A stretch of 64,000 bases of DNA, taken from NCBI GenBank assembly GCA_049512075.1, contig JBEKXL010000003.1, forward strand, positions 96,001 to 160,000, given 5' to 3'. This document shows, one piece after another, positions 19,307-30,100 of the stretch. A model generated the notes under the pieces. It worked only from the letters and a program-made list of their open reading frames with translations, made no database searches and was not told the DNA's origin. A program made the translations under genes and the position numbers. The DNA comes from Candidatus Bathyarchaeia archaeon (GTDB lineage Archaea; Thermoproteota; Bathyarchaeia; Bathyarchaeales; Bathycorpusculaceae). Each line of letters starts with the position of its first letter. Position 1 is the stretch's first letter.

Positions 19307-21400
19307 TCAGCCCGGGAATGGGCAGTTCTTCGTCGGACATCCCCCTGAATATTCCGGCTCCAAGGACAGAAACCTGCCCTTGTCCGTCTTTATCTCCCCG
19401 ATGTACAGCACTTGTTCCGGCTTGCTGCCGTACCTGAAAACGGTAACTCCCTTGCATTTCAGCTTCCAAGCCAGCTCGTAGATTTTCCTAACGTCTTCAA
19501 CCGTGGCTTCCGAAGGCAGGTTAACGGTCTTCGATACAGCATTGTCGGTGTATTTCTGAAACACAGCCTGCATCCGCACGTGCCATTCAGGTGCGATGTC
19601 CAAGGCTGTGCCAAAGAGCCTCTTCACATCCTCGGGAACTCCATCAATCTTCTGAACTGAGCCGGTCTGGGCTATCTCCTCAAGCAGTCTTGCACTGTAG
19701 AAGCCTTTTTCTTTGGCCATCATTTCAAACAGCGGATTAGTCTCAAACAGTCTTGTCCCGTTCAGAACGTTCCGTATGAAGGAAATTGCGAAGATCGGTT
19801 CAATGCCTGAAGAGCAGCCAGCGATTATGCTTATGGTTCCTGTGGGCGCAATGGTTGTGACCGTGGAATTTCTGAGCGCCGAATGCTTGTCTCTCCAAAT
19901 GCTGCCCTCAAAGTTAGGGAAAGATCCTCGCTGTTGGCCCAGCTCCTCAGACCGCCTGTGCCCCTCCTCCTCAATGAACTTCATGATCTCGTCGCCCACC
20001 TTCAAGGCCTGTTCGGAATCATAAGGAATCCCAAGCTTGACAACCATGTCTGCGAAACCCATCACACCTAAACCTATCTTCCTATTCGCCAGCGTAATAT
20101 CCTCGATTTCCTTCAAAGGATATCTGTTCGCGTCAATCACGTTGTCAAGAAAATGCACTGCGTTCCTAACAGTCTCCCTGAGCTTCTCCCAATCTATCTT
20201 TCCGTCCACGACCATGTGGGACAGGTTGATGGAACCCAAGTTGCAGGACTCGTAGGGAAGCAGCGGCTGCTCGCCGCAAGGATTTGTGGACTCTATTCTT
20301 CCCACTTGCGGAGTGGGATTGTGTCTGTTGATTTCGTCGATGAATATGACGCCGGGGTCGCCGCTCATCCAGGCGGACTTTGCCATCAAGTCCCAAACCT
20401 CTTTTGCCATGAGCTTCTTGGTCTTCTCCTTGTTACGAGGGTTGACCAGCCAGTACTCGCCGTTCTCCTCAACCGCCTTCATGAAATCGTCGGTCACCGC
20501 GACTGAAATGTTGAAGTTTGACAAGAACCTAGGCTGCTGTTTGGACGTTATGAACTCGATAATATCCGGGTGGTCGACTCTTAATACGGCCATCATCGCG
20601 CCTCTGCGTTTTCCACCGGCCTTTATGATTTCCGTGCCGGTGTCAAAGATTCGCATGAAACTCACGGGTCCAGACGCTACTCCCTTGGTTGACTTGACTA
20701 TGTCGCCCTTGGGTCTAAGCTTGGAAAAATCAAAACCGACTCCTCCCCCACTCTGCTCTATCAAGGCCATGTTCTTTGCAGACGTGAAAATGCCTTCCAG
20801 CGAATCTTCAACCGGCAGGACAAAGCACGCCGACAATTGACCCAGCCGCGTCCCAGCGTTAAAGAGAGTCGGTGTGTTTGGGATGAACTCAAGCCTCGAC
20901 ATCATTCCGTAGAATATGTTTTCAGTTTCGTTTGGATTCCCGCCGTAGCTACTGTCAGCAGCCCCCACTGCCCGTGCCACTCTTTTGAAGAGCTCAGCGG
21001 GGGACTCTACGATTCTTTCATCTTCGTCCCTGAGAAGATACCTCTGTCTCAAGACTTCAAGCGCATTCACCGTCAACTTGGGCTCCTTAATTTCCAGCTT
21101 TTGTCTCAACTTCCTGATTTCCTGCTTTTTCTCCCTATAGACTTGATAGCTTTCGGCAACTTTCCCGTAACCTTTTTCCCTCAAAACCCTTACGACAGCG
21201 TCTTGCGCGTCCTCGACAGAGGGAACCTTTCCCTCGAACTCTTGTTCTAAAAGCCTGACAACCTCTTTCGTCACGATTTCAGCTTTCTCGCCATCCTCGA
21301 GTTCCACAGCGATGAAAGCCTTGTAGATTGCATCTCTTATCCTTCGCGCGTCAAAATCAACGACTCTTCCGTCCCTTTTCGAAATCTTCGACATGGGCAT
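19307..21400 (-). CDS. nrdJ: Class II (B12-dependent) ribonucleotide reductase with N-terminal ATP cone
   Basis: KRDGRVVDFD ATP cone, PNTPTLFNAG...LSACFV, TNPCGEQ, TIAPTGT, KGVTVFRYGS. Confidence 0.93.
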   Translation of the reverse strand: MPMSKISKRDGRVVDFDARRIRDAIYKAFIAVELEDGEKAEIVTKEVVRLLEQEFEGKVPSVEDAQDAVVRVLREKGYGKVAESYQVYREKKQEIRKLRQKLEIKEPKLTVNALEVLRQRYLLRDEDERIVESPAELFKRVARAVGAADSSYGGNPNETENIFYGMMSRLEFIPNTPTLFNAGTRLGQLSACFVLPVEDSLEGIFTSAKNMALIEQSGGGVGFDFSKLRPKGDIVKSTKGVASGPVSFMRIFDTGTEIIKAGGKRRGAMMAVLRVDHPDIIEFITSKQQPRFLSNFNISVAVTDDFMKAVEENGEYWLVNPRNKEKTKKLMAKEVWDLMAKSAWMSGDPGVIFIDEINRHNPTPQVGRIESTNPCGEQPLLPYESCNLGSINLSHMVVDGKIDWEKLRETVRNAVHFLDNVIDANRYPLKEIEDITLANRKIGLGVMGFADMVVKLGIPYDSEQALKVGDEIMKFIEEEGHRRSEELGQQRGSFPNFEGSIWRDKHSALRNSTVTTIAPTGTISIIAGCSSGIEPIFAISFIRNVLNGTRLFETNPLFEMMAKEKGFYSARLLEEIAQTGSVQKIDGVPEDVKRLFGTALDIAPEWHVRMQAVFQKYTDNAVSKTVNLPSEATVEDVRKIYELAWKLKCKGVTVFRYGSKPEQVLYIGEIKTDKGRFLSLEPEYSGGCPTKNCPFPG

Positions 21401-21478
21401 GCTTGATCAACTCAAATTTGCTACGCTCGGAATATAAGGTTTTTAAAGATAACCCGTGGCAAAAAAAAGTGTTCTTTT

Positions 21479-21640
21479 TCATTCTTTTTTGACAAACTGG
21501 TCCTTCGGAACCCCGCAGACTGGACAGACCCAGTCATCTGGCAGAGCCTCAAACGGCGTCCCAGCTTTTACTCCACGCTCGGGATCTCCTATTTCTGGAT
21601 CATAAATGTAACCGCAAACTGAACATTCCCATTTTTCCAC
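21479..21640 (-). CDS. Rubredoxin (53 aa, not in ORF track)
   Basis: GTG start; [15 protein letters not shown]...[17 protein letters not shown]. Confidence 0.95.
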   Translation of the reverse strand: MEKWECSVCGYIYDPEIGDPERGVKAGTPFEALPDDWVCPVCGVPKDQFVKKE

Positions 21641-21751
21641 TGTTACACACCCCACATTCCCGAGAAATCATCGGTTAACAGCATCTTAAACCTACCGTCC
21701 AGTAAACGCGCTCAAGAACGTCTTTTGAGCATATTATGTTTGGAAACAATG

Positions 21752-21970
21752 TCAAATTGCAATTTGGAGTTGCTCGATGAGTTCCTTTTTCATTGCTTCA
21801 TCATCTTGAATCTGTTTCCGAGCTTTGCGCCAATCTGCGGAACAGCGCCCGTAACTCGATTGTTCGCCTATATAGTGGTGGATAACCTTGTCAACTTTCT
21901 CTTTGTTTTTGTCGGTTACCTTTATTCCAGCCTCTTGCAAAATCCCGTCAAACCATTTCCAACAAGTCAT
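21752..21970 (-). CDS. Small hypothetical archaeal protein
   Basis: MTCWKWFDGILQEAGIKVT...CSADWRK; start reassigned to ATG at 21970. Confidence 0.65.
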   Translation of the reverse strand: MTCWKWFDGILQEAGIKVTDKNKEKVDKVIHHYIGEQSSYGRCSADWRKARKQIQDDEAMKKELIEQLQIAI

Positions 21971-22082
21971 TCCTAGCCACCGAATACGCTCTTTCCGGTT
22001 TGGCTTAAGAAGATTGCGGAACCAAACCAAGAATCACAAGGCTATTATAGCTCCAAGCAGCTACGGAATGGTGGCGTTTCAT

Positions 22083-22325
22083 ATGGTCGAAGCGATAGTT
22101 CTTGTTCGAGTCGGGTCAAGCGAAAATCTGAACTTTATGAAAACTGTCAAGGAGGAACTCAGCAAGGTCAAAGGTGTCAAGGAAGTCAATGGCGTCTTCG
22201 GCCGCTGGGACTTCGTGATCAAACTGGAAACAAGAACTCTTGGAGACTTAGGCAACCTAGTTACGGATTGCGTTAGAAGCATCAAAGGAGTACAGTCCAC
22301 AGAGACCCTCGTGATGGGCTTCTAA
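22083..22325 (+). CDS. Stand-alone Lrp/AsnC ligand-binding (RAM) domain protein
   Basis: MVEAIVLVRV...VFGRWDFVIK...VQSTETLV. Confidence 0.85.
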   Translation: MVEAIVLVRVGSSENLNFMKTVKEELSKVKGVKEVNGVFGRWDFVIKLETRTLGDLGNLVTDCVRSIKGVQSTETLVMGF

Positions 22326-22588
22326 AACGTAGCCACAAGTTGACTAGTACCCACATCCCTTGCTTTTTATGTCTGAACTATGCCAGAAGTCCTTCAGAGC
22401 CTATTTCTATCCAGGAAAATTGAGCCACACCATCACGAAATAGTTTTTTTCTGCGTCATCCTAATTGCGCAATCCGACCAAACGAAAGTTTACAGGGAGA
22501 ACAACCAAACAAAGAGTTTACAGAACCCGGAACCAGCACTATCAGGAATAATCGAAAGAAAAAAAGGGAAATCTACAGAGCATCCGTG

Positions 22589-22744
22589 TTACTGCTTCTT
22601 TGTCTTTTCGTATCGTTGGGCACATTTTGCGCAGCAGAAAACGTATTCCTTGCCCTCAACCACTGTACGGTGAGAGGCGAGTTTGCATGCCTCCTCAGGA
22701 ATTTCCACTTTGCAGAATTCGCATCGGACAAATTGCGGCTTCAT
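22589..22744 (-). CDS. TRASH-type metal-binding micro-protein (51 aa, not in ORF track)
   Basis: MKPQFVRCEFCKVEI...EGKEYVFCCAKCAQRY; start abuts the iscU stop. Confidence 0.8.
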   Translation of the reverse strand: MKPQFVRCEFCKVEIPEEACKLASHRTVVEGKEYVFCCAKCAQRYEKTKKQ

Positions 22745-23131
22745 TTACTTCGTATCTCCTCCTTTTCCATGCTTCTTATAATAATCTTCAATTGCGGCGT
22801 GCAACGCGTCCGCGGCAAGGTTGGAACAATGCATTTTGACAGCGGGAAGTCCCCCTAACTCATCAGCTACGTTTGCCCGCGTGATTTGCAAGCCTTCTTC
22901 CAACGTTTTTCCTTTGGCCAATTCGGTTATCATGCTACTCGTTGCAATTGCTGAGCCACAGCCAAATGTTTTGAATTTGATGTCGACTAGGCGGTTGTCT
23001 TTGACCTTGATGTAAATGGTCATCAAGTCTCCACACACAGGATTTCCCACCGTGCCGACGCCGTCAGCGTCTGGGATTTCGCCGACGTTGCGTGGGTTTT
23101 TGAAGTGTTCCATGACTTTCTCGGTGTACAT
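22745..23131 (-). CDS. iscU: Fe-S scaffold IscU/NifU
   Basis: HFKNPRNVG, NPVCGD, FGCGSAIA, KMHCSNL. Confidence 0.95.
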   Translation of the reverse strand: MYTEKVMEHFKNPRNVGEIPDADGVGTVGNPVCGDLMTIYIKVKDNRLVDIKFKTFGCGSAIATSSMITELAKGKTLEEGLQITRANVADELGGLPAVKMHCSNLAADALHAAIEDYYKKHGKGGDTK

Positions 23132-24315
23132 TACATTCTCAACTCCTTAGGTGTCAAAGGCGACATATTTCTTAGTCTTTTGACGATGTCTGGCATTAAG
23201 CTTGCTGCATAGTCAACGTCTTCTTCAGTGTTGTGCCTGCCCAGAGTGAACATCAGGGAACCGTGAGCCTCCTCGTGCTTCAGTCCGACTGCCAAGAGCA
23301 CGTGCGATGGTTCCAGAGTCTTCGCCGTGCAGGCTGAGCCCGATGACGCGTACACGCCCATCATGTCTAGGCTGAGCAGCATGGACTCTCCCTCTATGAA
23401 GCTGTATCTGACGGAGACGTTGTCGGGCAAGCGTGTCGTGGGATGCCCGTTCAAGAAAGAGTATGGAATAGGCTTGAGCAAGCCGTCGATGAATCTGTCT
23501 CTGAGTTTTGTGAGCCGTGCGCTTTCGGTTTGCATTTCTTTCTTGGCTATCTCTGCAGCCTTTCCAAACCCTACGACGGCTGCTACGTTCTCTGTACCAG
23601 ACCTTAGACCTCTCTCCTGGCCGCCACCGTGCAACAAAGGTTCTAGGCGCACTCCATCTTTCACGCAGAGCGCACCTACACCCCTCGGCCCGTACATGTC
23701 GTTTGAAGAGATTGTGAGCAGGTCTATACCCTCGTTCCTAACGTCCACGGGGACTTGGCCACAGGCGGCCGTGGCATCAACGTGCAGATAGGCGTTCTTG
23801 CCGTGCGCGATCTTGCTGATTTCTTTTATCGGTTCGATTGTTCCTATTTCCCCGTTTGCGTACACTACTGAGACGAGGACTGTCTTGTCTGTCAGTTCTT
23901 TCTGCAGGCTTTCAAGATTCAGGAACCCGTACTTGTCAACGGGGAGGAAGACGGCTTCAAATCCTTTTGTGCTCAAGAACTTGCACGGGTTAACGACGGA
24001 CATGTGTTCGACGCTCGAGGTTAGAATTCGGGTTCCACGGTCCTTGTTGCGGTTGGCCACGCCTTTGATGGCCAAGTTGTTGCTTTCTGTTGCTCCTGAA
24101 GTGAAAATTACTGATTCTTTTTTCTCAGCGTTGATTAATTTTGCAACCTGTGCCCTTGCTTCTTCGACTGCACGCTTTGCTTCCTGTCCAAACACGTGTA
24201 GTGATGATGGGTTTCCATAGGATGACTTCATGTAAGGCAACATGGCCTCTATCACGCGGGGTTCCACGGGTCTGCCCGCTGCGTGATCCATGTAGACGCG
24301 TTTTGTAGCCGACAA
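23131..24315 (-). CDS. iscS: IscS/NifS-family cysteine desulfurase homolog with PLP-Lys replaced by Asp
   Basis: GNPSSLH, FTSGATESNN, HVDA, SSNDMYGPRG (canonical SxHKxYGPKG), SSGSAC; probable TTG start at 24315. Confidence 0.9.
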   Translation of the reverse strand: MSATKRVYMDHAAGRPVEPRVIEAMLPYMKSSYGNPSSLHVFGQEAKRAVEEARAQVAKLINAEKKESVIFTSGATESNNLAIKGVANRNKDRGTRILTSSVEHMSVVNPCKFLSTKGFEAVFLPVDKYGFLNLESLQKELTDKTVLVSVVYANGEIGTIEPIKEISKIAHGKNAYLHVDATAACGQVPVDVRNEGIDLLTISSNDMYGPRGVGALCVKDGVRLEPLLHGGGQERGLRSGTENVAAVVGFGKAAEIAKKEMQTESARLTKLRDRFIDGLLKPIPYSFLNGHPTTRLPDNVSVRYSFIEGESMLLSLDMMGVYASSGSACTAKTLEPSHVLLAVGLKHEEAHGSLMFTLGRHNTEEDVDYAASLMPDIVKRLRNMSPLTPKELRM

Positions 24316-24326
24316 GGTCCGCTCAC

Positions 24327-24698
24327 TCAGAAGCATAGAACGGCGTCTGCGTTGAGGGCTAGATCATTGAGGGTTGCAGCGCCGACAATCTGTGCCTCTT
24401 TCGTGAAGTCGCCCCTCGGAATTCCCATCAGTCCACAGCTCTGTTCGCACACGACAAGCTTAACCCCGGCTTTGACTGCTTGATCCATTACCTCTTTGAG
24501 CGAAGGAAAACTGCCTATCTTGATTTTCTCAGCTTCACCTTTCTTGACAAGAGTGATACCCTTGATCACGAAGTAGACAGTGGCGTCAACGTTCATCATT
24601 GCAGCAGTAGTTGCCAGAATGAACGGTGCATAGGCACGTTCAGGCGTATCAACACCGCTAGTCTGCACGTACAGTATCTTTTTCTTCTTAACGCTCAT
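24327..24698 (-). CDS. DsrE/DsrF-family sulfur relay protein
   Basis: PERAYAPF...AGVKLVVCEQSC...IVGAAT. Confidence 0.85.
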   Translation of the reverse strand: MSVKKKKILYVQTSGVDTPERAYAPFILATTAAMMNVDATVYFVIKGITLVKKGEAEKIKIGSFPSLKEVMDQAVKAGVKLVVCEQSCGLMGIPRGDFTKEAQIVGAATLNDLALNADAVLCF

Positions 24699-24721
24699 TT
24701 CATTTCACTTCCTGGCAATTC

Positions 24722-24958
24722 TCATTTAACCTTCCTTATTAATATACGAACCGTATTGCCTTCCTTGTTGACGCTCACCAATTCCTGTTCCAGATTCTTC
24801 ACCAGACTCCGTATGTCAGACTCTGCAGCAGGATCGTCTGCAAGGACCTCCAAAGTCTCGCCAACTCTCAGCTCGTCCAATTCTAGTCTTGTCTTAAAGA
24901 CGGGTTCAGGACAGTACAGGCCCACACAGTCCAACGTTCTGTCAGGTTTGACCTTCAT
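24722..24958 (-). CDS. tusA: TusA/SirA sulfur carrier
   Basis: LDCVGLYCPEPV...LEVLADDPAAESDI; start MKVKPD at 24958. Confidence 0.9.
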   Translation of the reverse strand: MKVKPDRTLDCVGLYCPEPVFKTRLELDELRVGETLEVLADDPAAESDIRSLVKNLEQELVSVNKEGNTVRILIRKVK

Positions 24959-25032
24959 AACGTAGCCTCTGATCAAGAGAGCCAAAAAAGGGGAATAAAT
25001 TTCTTTTGGGTCTGAAAGGCCGCAACATTCGT

Positions 25033-25347
<315 letters not shown>

Positions 25348-25526
25348 TCACCCATCCCAGAATGAAAGCTTGGAAATATTAACTCTTCCGTTTCTGACGC
25401 TACGAACCGAAGTGCAGCACGTGCAGTCTGGCCTCCTTTCTTAACAGGCCACAAACGTCAATTGAAAGATCCCATTCAAGGGTTTTCACGTCGGACAGCA
25501 AAGCGCGCGACGAATGCCAACGACTC

Positions 25527-25883
25527 TTAGAAAGATAGGATTTTTTGGCCTTCTACTATCCATTTGGAAAGCCCTGTTATCGTGCCCATTTCTGTTCCTT
25601 CGACCAGGTCCTGCTCCGTTAACCCTCTCAGGTTCATACTCGTATGGCAAACATTGACGCACACACCCACCTTGACAAGGTCTGCAAGCATTCTTTCGAT
25701 GTTATAAAATCCCTTAGCAGGTTTCTGTCCCTTCTTGGCAGCGTTCACAGCGTCTCCGATCAGGAAAATGTTGACTTTCACCCTTGCGCTCGAACAAGAC
25801 AAGGCTTCTGCTAGCCTCAATGCATTCCAGATTCTCTAGTCTCCATATGGAGAACTGCTGATAACCATCGTTAGGGTCTCCAT
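25527..25883 (-). pseudogene. DsrE/YchN-family gene interrupted by an in-frame TAG
   Basis: METLTMVISSSPYGD*RIWNALRLAEAL; TAG at 25836-25838 (codon 16); FLIGDAV. Confidence 0.75.
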
Positions 25884-26074
25884 GCATCCACCTTCCTGAA
25901 CTTTCTGAAATACGTCCTACTCGTGCGCAAGCTTAAACATATCGTCTTCCTCTCGCGCGCGCTATATGATGTGTCTAGAATTGATTTCTATAACTGAGTC
26001 ACCAAAAATTACTAATCCTAGTTGCAACAAAGGGGTGTCGAGCACTCCCTAACTGCTAAAGGGAGGTTAGAAGA

Positions 26075-26476
26075 TTGTCAAAAAACGAAAATGATTCTGT
26101 GCAAACTGACCATGCTAATGGGCATGGTCGCAATAGTAGTAGCCACCGCAGAAACTTACTACGTACCAAAGCCTCTGTAATTGGCTTGTGGAGAGACATC
26201 AAAACAATCCTACGCTATCCAGTGCTAATAGCGGCATTTGCGGTAGACGCGGTCATCGTTCTTCCTACGTCTGTCATTATCGGCGGATTTGCGTATGGGT
26301 TCTTTGGCAGCATCATCGCTGTCATAATCACGCAAATCCCCATTGAAATTCTAGTGTATCAAAAAATCAAAGAAGAAGCACGCGCGGCAAAGCTTATGTC
26401 TGAAGGCTGGGAATCAAAGAAGACAACTGAAGAACTGATGAAAGAATACAAAAAGCTGCTGGAGAAGAAGAAGTAA
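26075..26476 (+). CDS. Hypothetical membrane protein
   Basis: GGGAGG SD, two hydrophobic helices, charged C-terminus. Confidence 0.65.
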   Translation: MSKNENDSVQTDHANGHGRNSSSHRRNLLRTKASVIGLWRDIKTILRYPVLIAAFAVDAVIVLPTSVIIGGFAYGFFGSIIAVIITQIPIEILVYQKIKEEARAAKLMSEGWESKKTTEELMKEYKKLLEKKK

Positions 26477-26509
26477 CTTTCAATCCCGCGGCAGACCGAA
26501 TTCTTCTAA

Positions 26510-26720
26510 CGCGCGCTTGGTTACATCGTTGTGTAGTTTGGGTTTGGGGATAAGACTTTACCCCTAAACCAAACCAACCACTTCGCCTACGGTCACTCAC
26601 TCCACCCTGTGACCAACTGCTCCACTCTGGTCACCAGCACTCCTCCTCCTACGCCTACACCTATACCTACCCATACAACACACACTCACACGCCGTGAGT
26701 GTTAAGGAAGCACGCGCTGT
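26510..26720. other. Structured non-coding element with hairpins and a CCTAYN hexamer repeat
   Basis: Hairpins 26536-26574 and 26682-26702; GTGACC(A) 26609 complementary to both 26591 and 26628; CCTACG CCTACA CCTATA CCTACC 26648-26671. Confidence 0.35.
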
Positions 26721-27159
26721 GTGGCCTTTGTGCACTAAGTCATGCTAGCTATGACCATAATACTGGGTGCCTTGTCGACGCGCATGAGTCGAAGAAATTG
26801 AGGAAAGGAGAAGGCCTCCATGCTCAAAGAAAAAAGACCTTGCAAAGAGAGCTAACTCAATTTGACGATGAACTTAGAAAATACTGCTAACGGGTGGAAG
26901 CTGAGCTGTTCGACCGTGAGAACCGTCTTGCAATGTTAGTAGACCAGATATGCAACCCCGCCCCTAAATCGATTTTTGGGGAAATCTTTCAACAGCTGAA
27001 AAAACAAGGCAAGGCTTAAAAAAACACAAGATTGTATGATAGTCGGCATTTCAGGGTGTTACGCTCTCCATTCTTTCAGATACTCTTCCAGATCCTTCTG
27101 TAACGCTTTCGTCGTTGTTAAGGTCGAAAAAGGCACGTTTTCTTTTCATTGTCGTTTTT

Positions 27160-30100
27160 TCATGCAATTCTGTAGTCCTCTTTTCCACTTTGATTAGTCT
27201 CAGGTATTGTCATGGTGAACTGTGCTCCCTTGCCTGGTTCGCCTGTTTCTTGTATGGTCCAGCCATAGACTTCCATCATCTTCTTTATCAAGTATAATCC
27301 GTAGCCCGTGCTCCCGCCTGTGCTGTAGCCCTCTTTGAAGAGCTTCGGCTTCTCTGCAATAGGTATTCCAACACCATCGTCCTCAAAGACTAGCTTGAGC
27401 GCATCTTGGCTTGTTCTTTCGTAATGGACTTTTATTCTTGTGACCTTCTGGCCGTACTTTAACGAGTTGTCAATGAGATTGTAGAAAAGTTGTCGTAGCA
27501 GCGAGTCTGCTAAAACAGTCAGCCCACGGCATTCATTTACCACATTCACACCTTTCAGGTCTAAGAAGAGCAACGCTGCCTCACTGACGGTTTTCTCCAC
27601 GTCAACGTACACTAGTTCTTCAGAGCCTAACATCTCGTAAACTCTTGCGAAATCGAAAATCTCCACCGATTGCTGAACAGCTTTTTCAATTGCCGCGAGA
27701 TCTTCGACAACTTTGCTCTCTGCGGGTAACTCTCTCTTTGCCAAATATGCTTTGAGAGCAACAAGCTGCAATTTGTTCCGCACATCATGCCTCGAAAGGA
27801 GGCCAACCACGCGCAATTTCTCATTCATGATTGCAAGTCTCTCTATGGCTTCTTGCAAGTCCTTTTCGGTCTTCTTTAGTTCTGTCGCATCTATGCCCAT
27901 GGCAATGCTGCCGACTGTTTCTCCGTTTTCGTCGAGTATGTTGTTTGAATACCAAGAAATAGTCTTCAAAGCTCCATCTTTGCATCTAATGACCGTTTCA
28001 AAATCCCGAAAAGCTGATTCGTTATGCTCAATGGTTCTCCGCTGGTGCGCAAAAATCTTGGCACAATATTGAGGGTCTGGATACAGCCATTCCCAAATCT
28101 TCTTGTGCCCAATCACTTCCTCACGAGAATATCCGGAAATAAGCTCCGCCGCCCGATTCCATAAAATCACGTTGCCCTCTCTGTCAAGAAGATTAATCCA
28201 GACAATCGCGGTGTCAATGACTTTGTTCTGAAACTCCAACAGACTTCTTGCTTGTTCCGCCGATCTCCGCACGACTTCATGTTCTTGCCTACGTTCGCTG
28301 ATGTCTGTTACAGTTCCAAGAATAGCAGATTCTCCATCATAGGTTATCAGTTTTGAAGTAAGTATTGCGTCGATTGTTCTTCCTTGTCTTGTTAGTAGTT
28401 TGTATTCATATGGTGCAGCCTCTTCTCCCTTCATGTGTTTGGCGAAGTCTGATTTTATCAGTTCTCTTGATTCTGGCGCAATTAACTTCAGGAAGTTGAA
28501 GTCTGGAGAGTAAAACTCTTCTTTTGTGTAGCCCATAATCTCCTCTGATTTCTTGTTCGCATACACGATTCTCCCCTTTTTGTTGATGAAAATCATGTTT
28601 GGAGACTGTTCCGCAAGATTCCTGAACTTCTCTTCACTTTCCCGTAAAGCTTCTTCTGCTTTCTTGCGTTCAGTAATGTCTTCTATCACACTTACAAAAC
28701 CCGTTGGGTTGCCAGAAAGGTCTTTTAAAACACTCGCAGAAACCGATAGTAGGCGTTCGCTGCCATTTTTAGCGATAATAGTATATTCTATGTTTCTCAT
28801 TAGACCTTGCTTCAGAGTTCTTTCCATGTTTTCCATTGCCCTTTGCCAGTCTTTCTTTGCAGCAGACTCGAATGCATTTCTCCCAACAAATTCACTTTTC
28901 GATGAATAACCAAACACCTTCTGAGCCTGTTCATTGCAATCCGCAACCTTACCATTCAGATCAATAACGACAATGGCATCGGCAGAAACATCAAATATGT
29001 TCTGCAACCTCGTCTGATTCTCTGATAACTCCATTTCCATCTTCTTGAATTGCGAAATGTCCACGACAATGCCTCTAAGGCCAACGATCTTGTCTTCATG
29101 AACAACGGGACCGGAACTTATCAGAACAGGAAATGTGCTACCGTCCTTTCTCTGAAATGTGTATTCATTGGTTCCAGTCTTTTCCCCACTAAATACTTTC
29201 TTCAGGTTTTCTTGTGCTCTACCTCGGTGCTCTGGAACGAGAAAATCCAGCGCGTTTAAGCCTTTAGCAAAATCCTCTCGAGTATAGCCGGTGATGACGT
29301 AGGTTCTTTCATTGACAAATGCGAGCTTTCCTTGTTCATCAGCTTCAAAAGCAATCTCCGGCAACGAATTGGCAAGCGTTCTGTATTTCTCCTCGCTTTC
29401 CCTTAATGCCTTTTCAGCTTTCTTTTTCTCAGTAACGTCTCTGAATATGCCTTCTGTCCGCAACATGTTGCCTTTTTCATCTTTTTGAACAGTGACGCTC
29501 GCCAAAATTTCAATCAAAATGCCGTCTTTTTTCTTCCAAACCATTTCCCAGTCTTTGACATATCCATTTTTCATCAATTCTCTCAGCACTCGGGTCCTAT
29601 CTTCAGGATCGGCATACAACTTAACTGCATGGGTACCAATCAACTCTTTTTGATTGCTATAACCCAAGATATTTGCCGCCGCTGGATTCAACGAGGATAT
29701 TTTCCCATCAGACCCGTTGATTAGGATTCCTTCAATGGTCGAATCAAATAGTCGCCCATATCTTTCTCCGCAAGCTCTAAGGGCCATTTCTGCGCAGGTC
29801 CTCTCTTCAGCTGCTCGTTTGCGTTCCACTGTTGTTCGTATTGCATGCCCCAATTCGCAGTAGACTGTTTCTGGATCGCCATTCTTGTTCAAGTATTGGT
29901 CTGCGCCGAGGTTCAACGCCTTGATGGCAACTTCTTCTCTACCTCTCCCAGTGAATATCAGAAAAGGAACAGTGTTGCCACTCTGCCTTAGTTCCTTAAG
30001 AAATTCAAGCCCGTCTTTGCCAGGCATCTGGTAGTCAGAAACCACAGCATCGTATGTTTCTTCCTTCAGCTTTTCCTTAGCCTCTTCAACAGAAGTTGCC

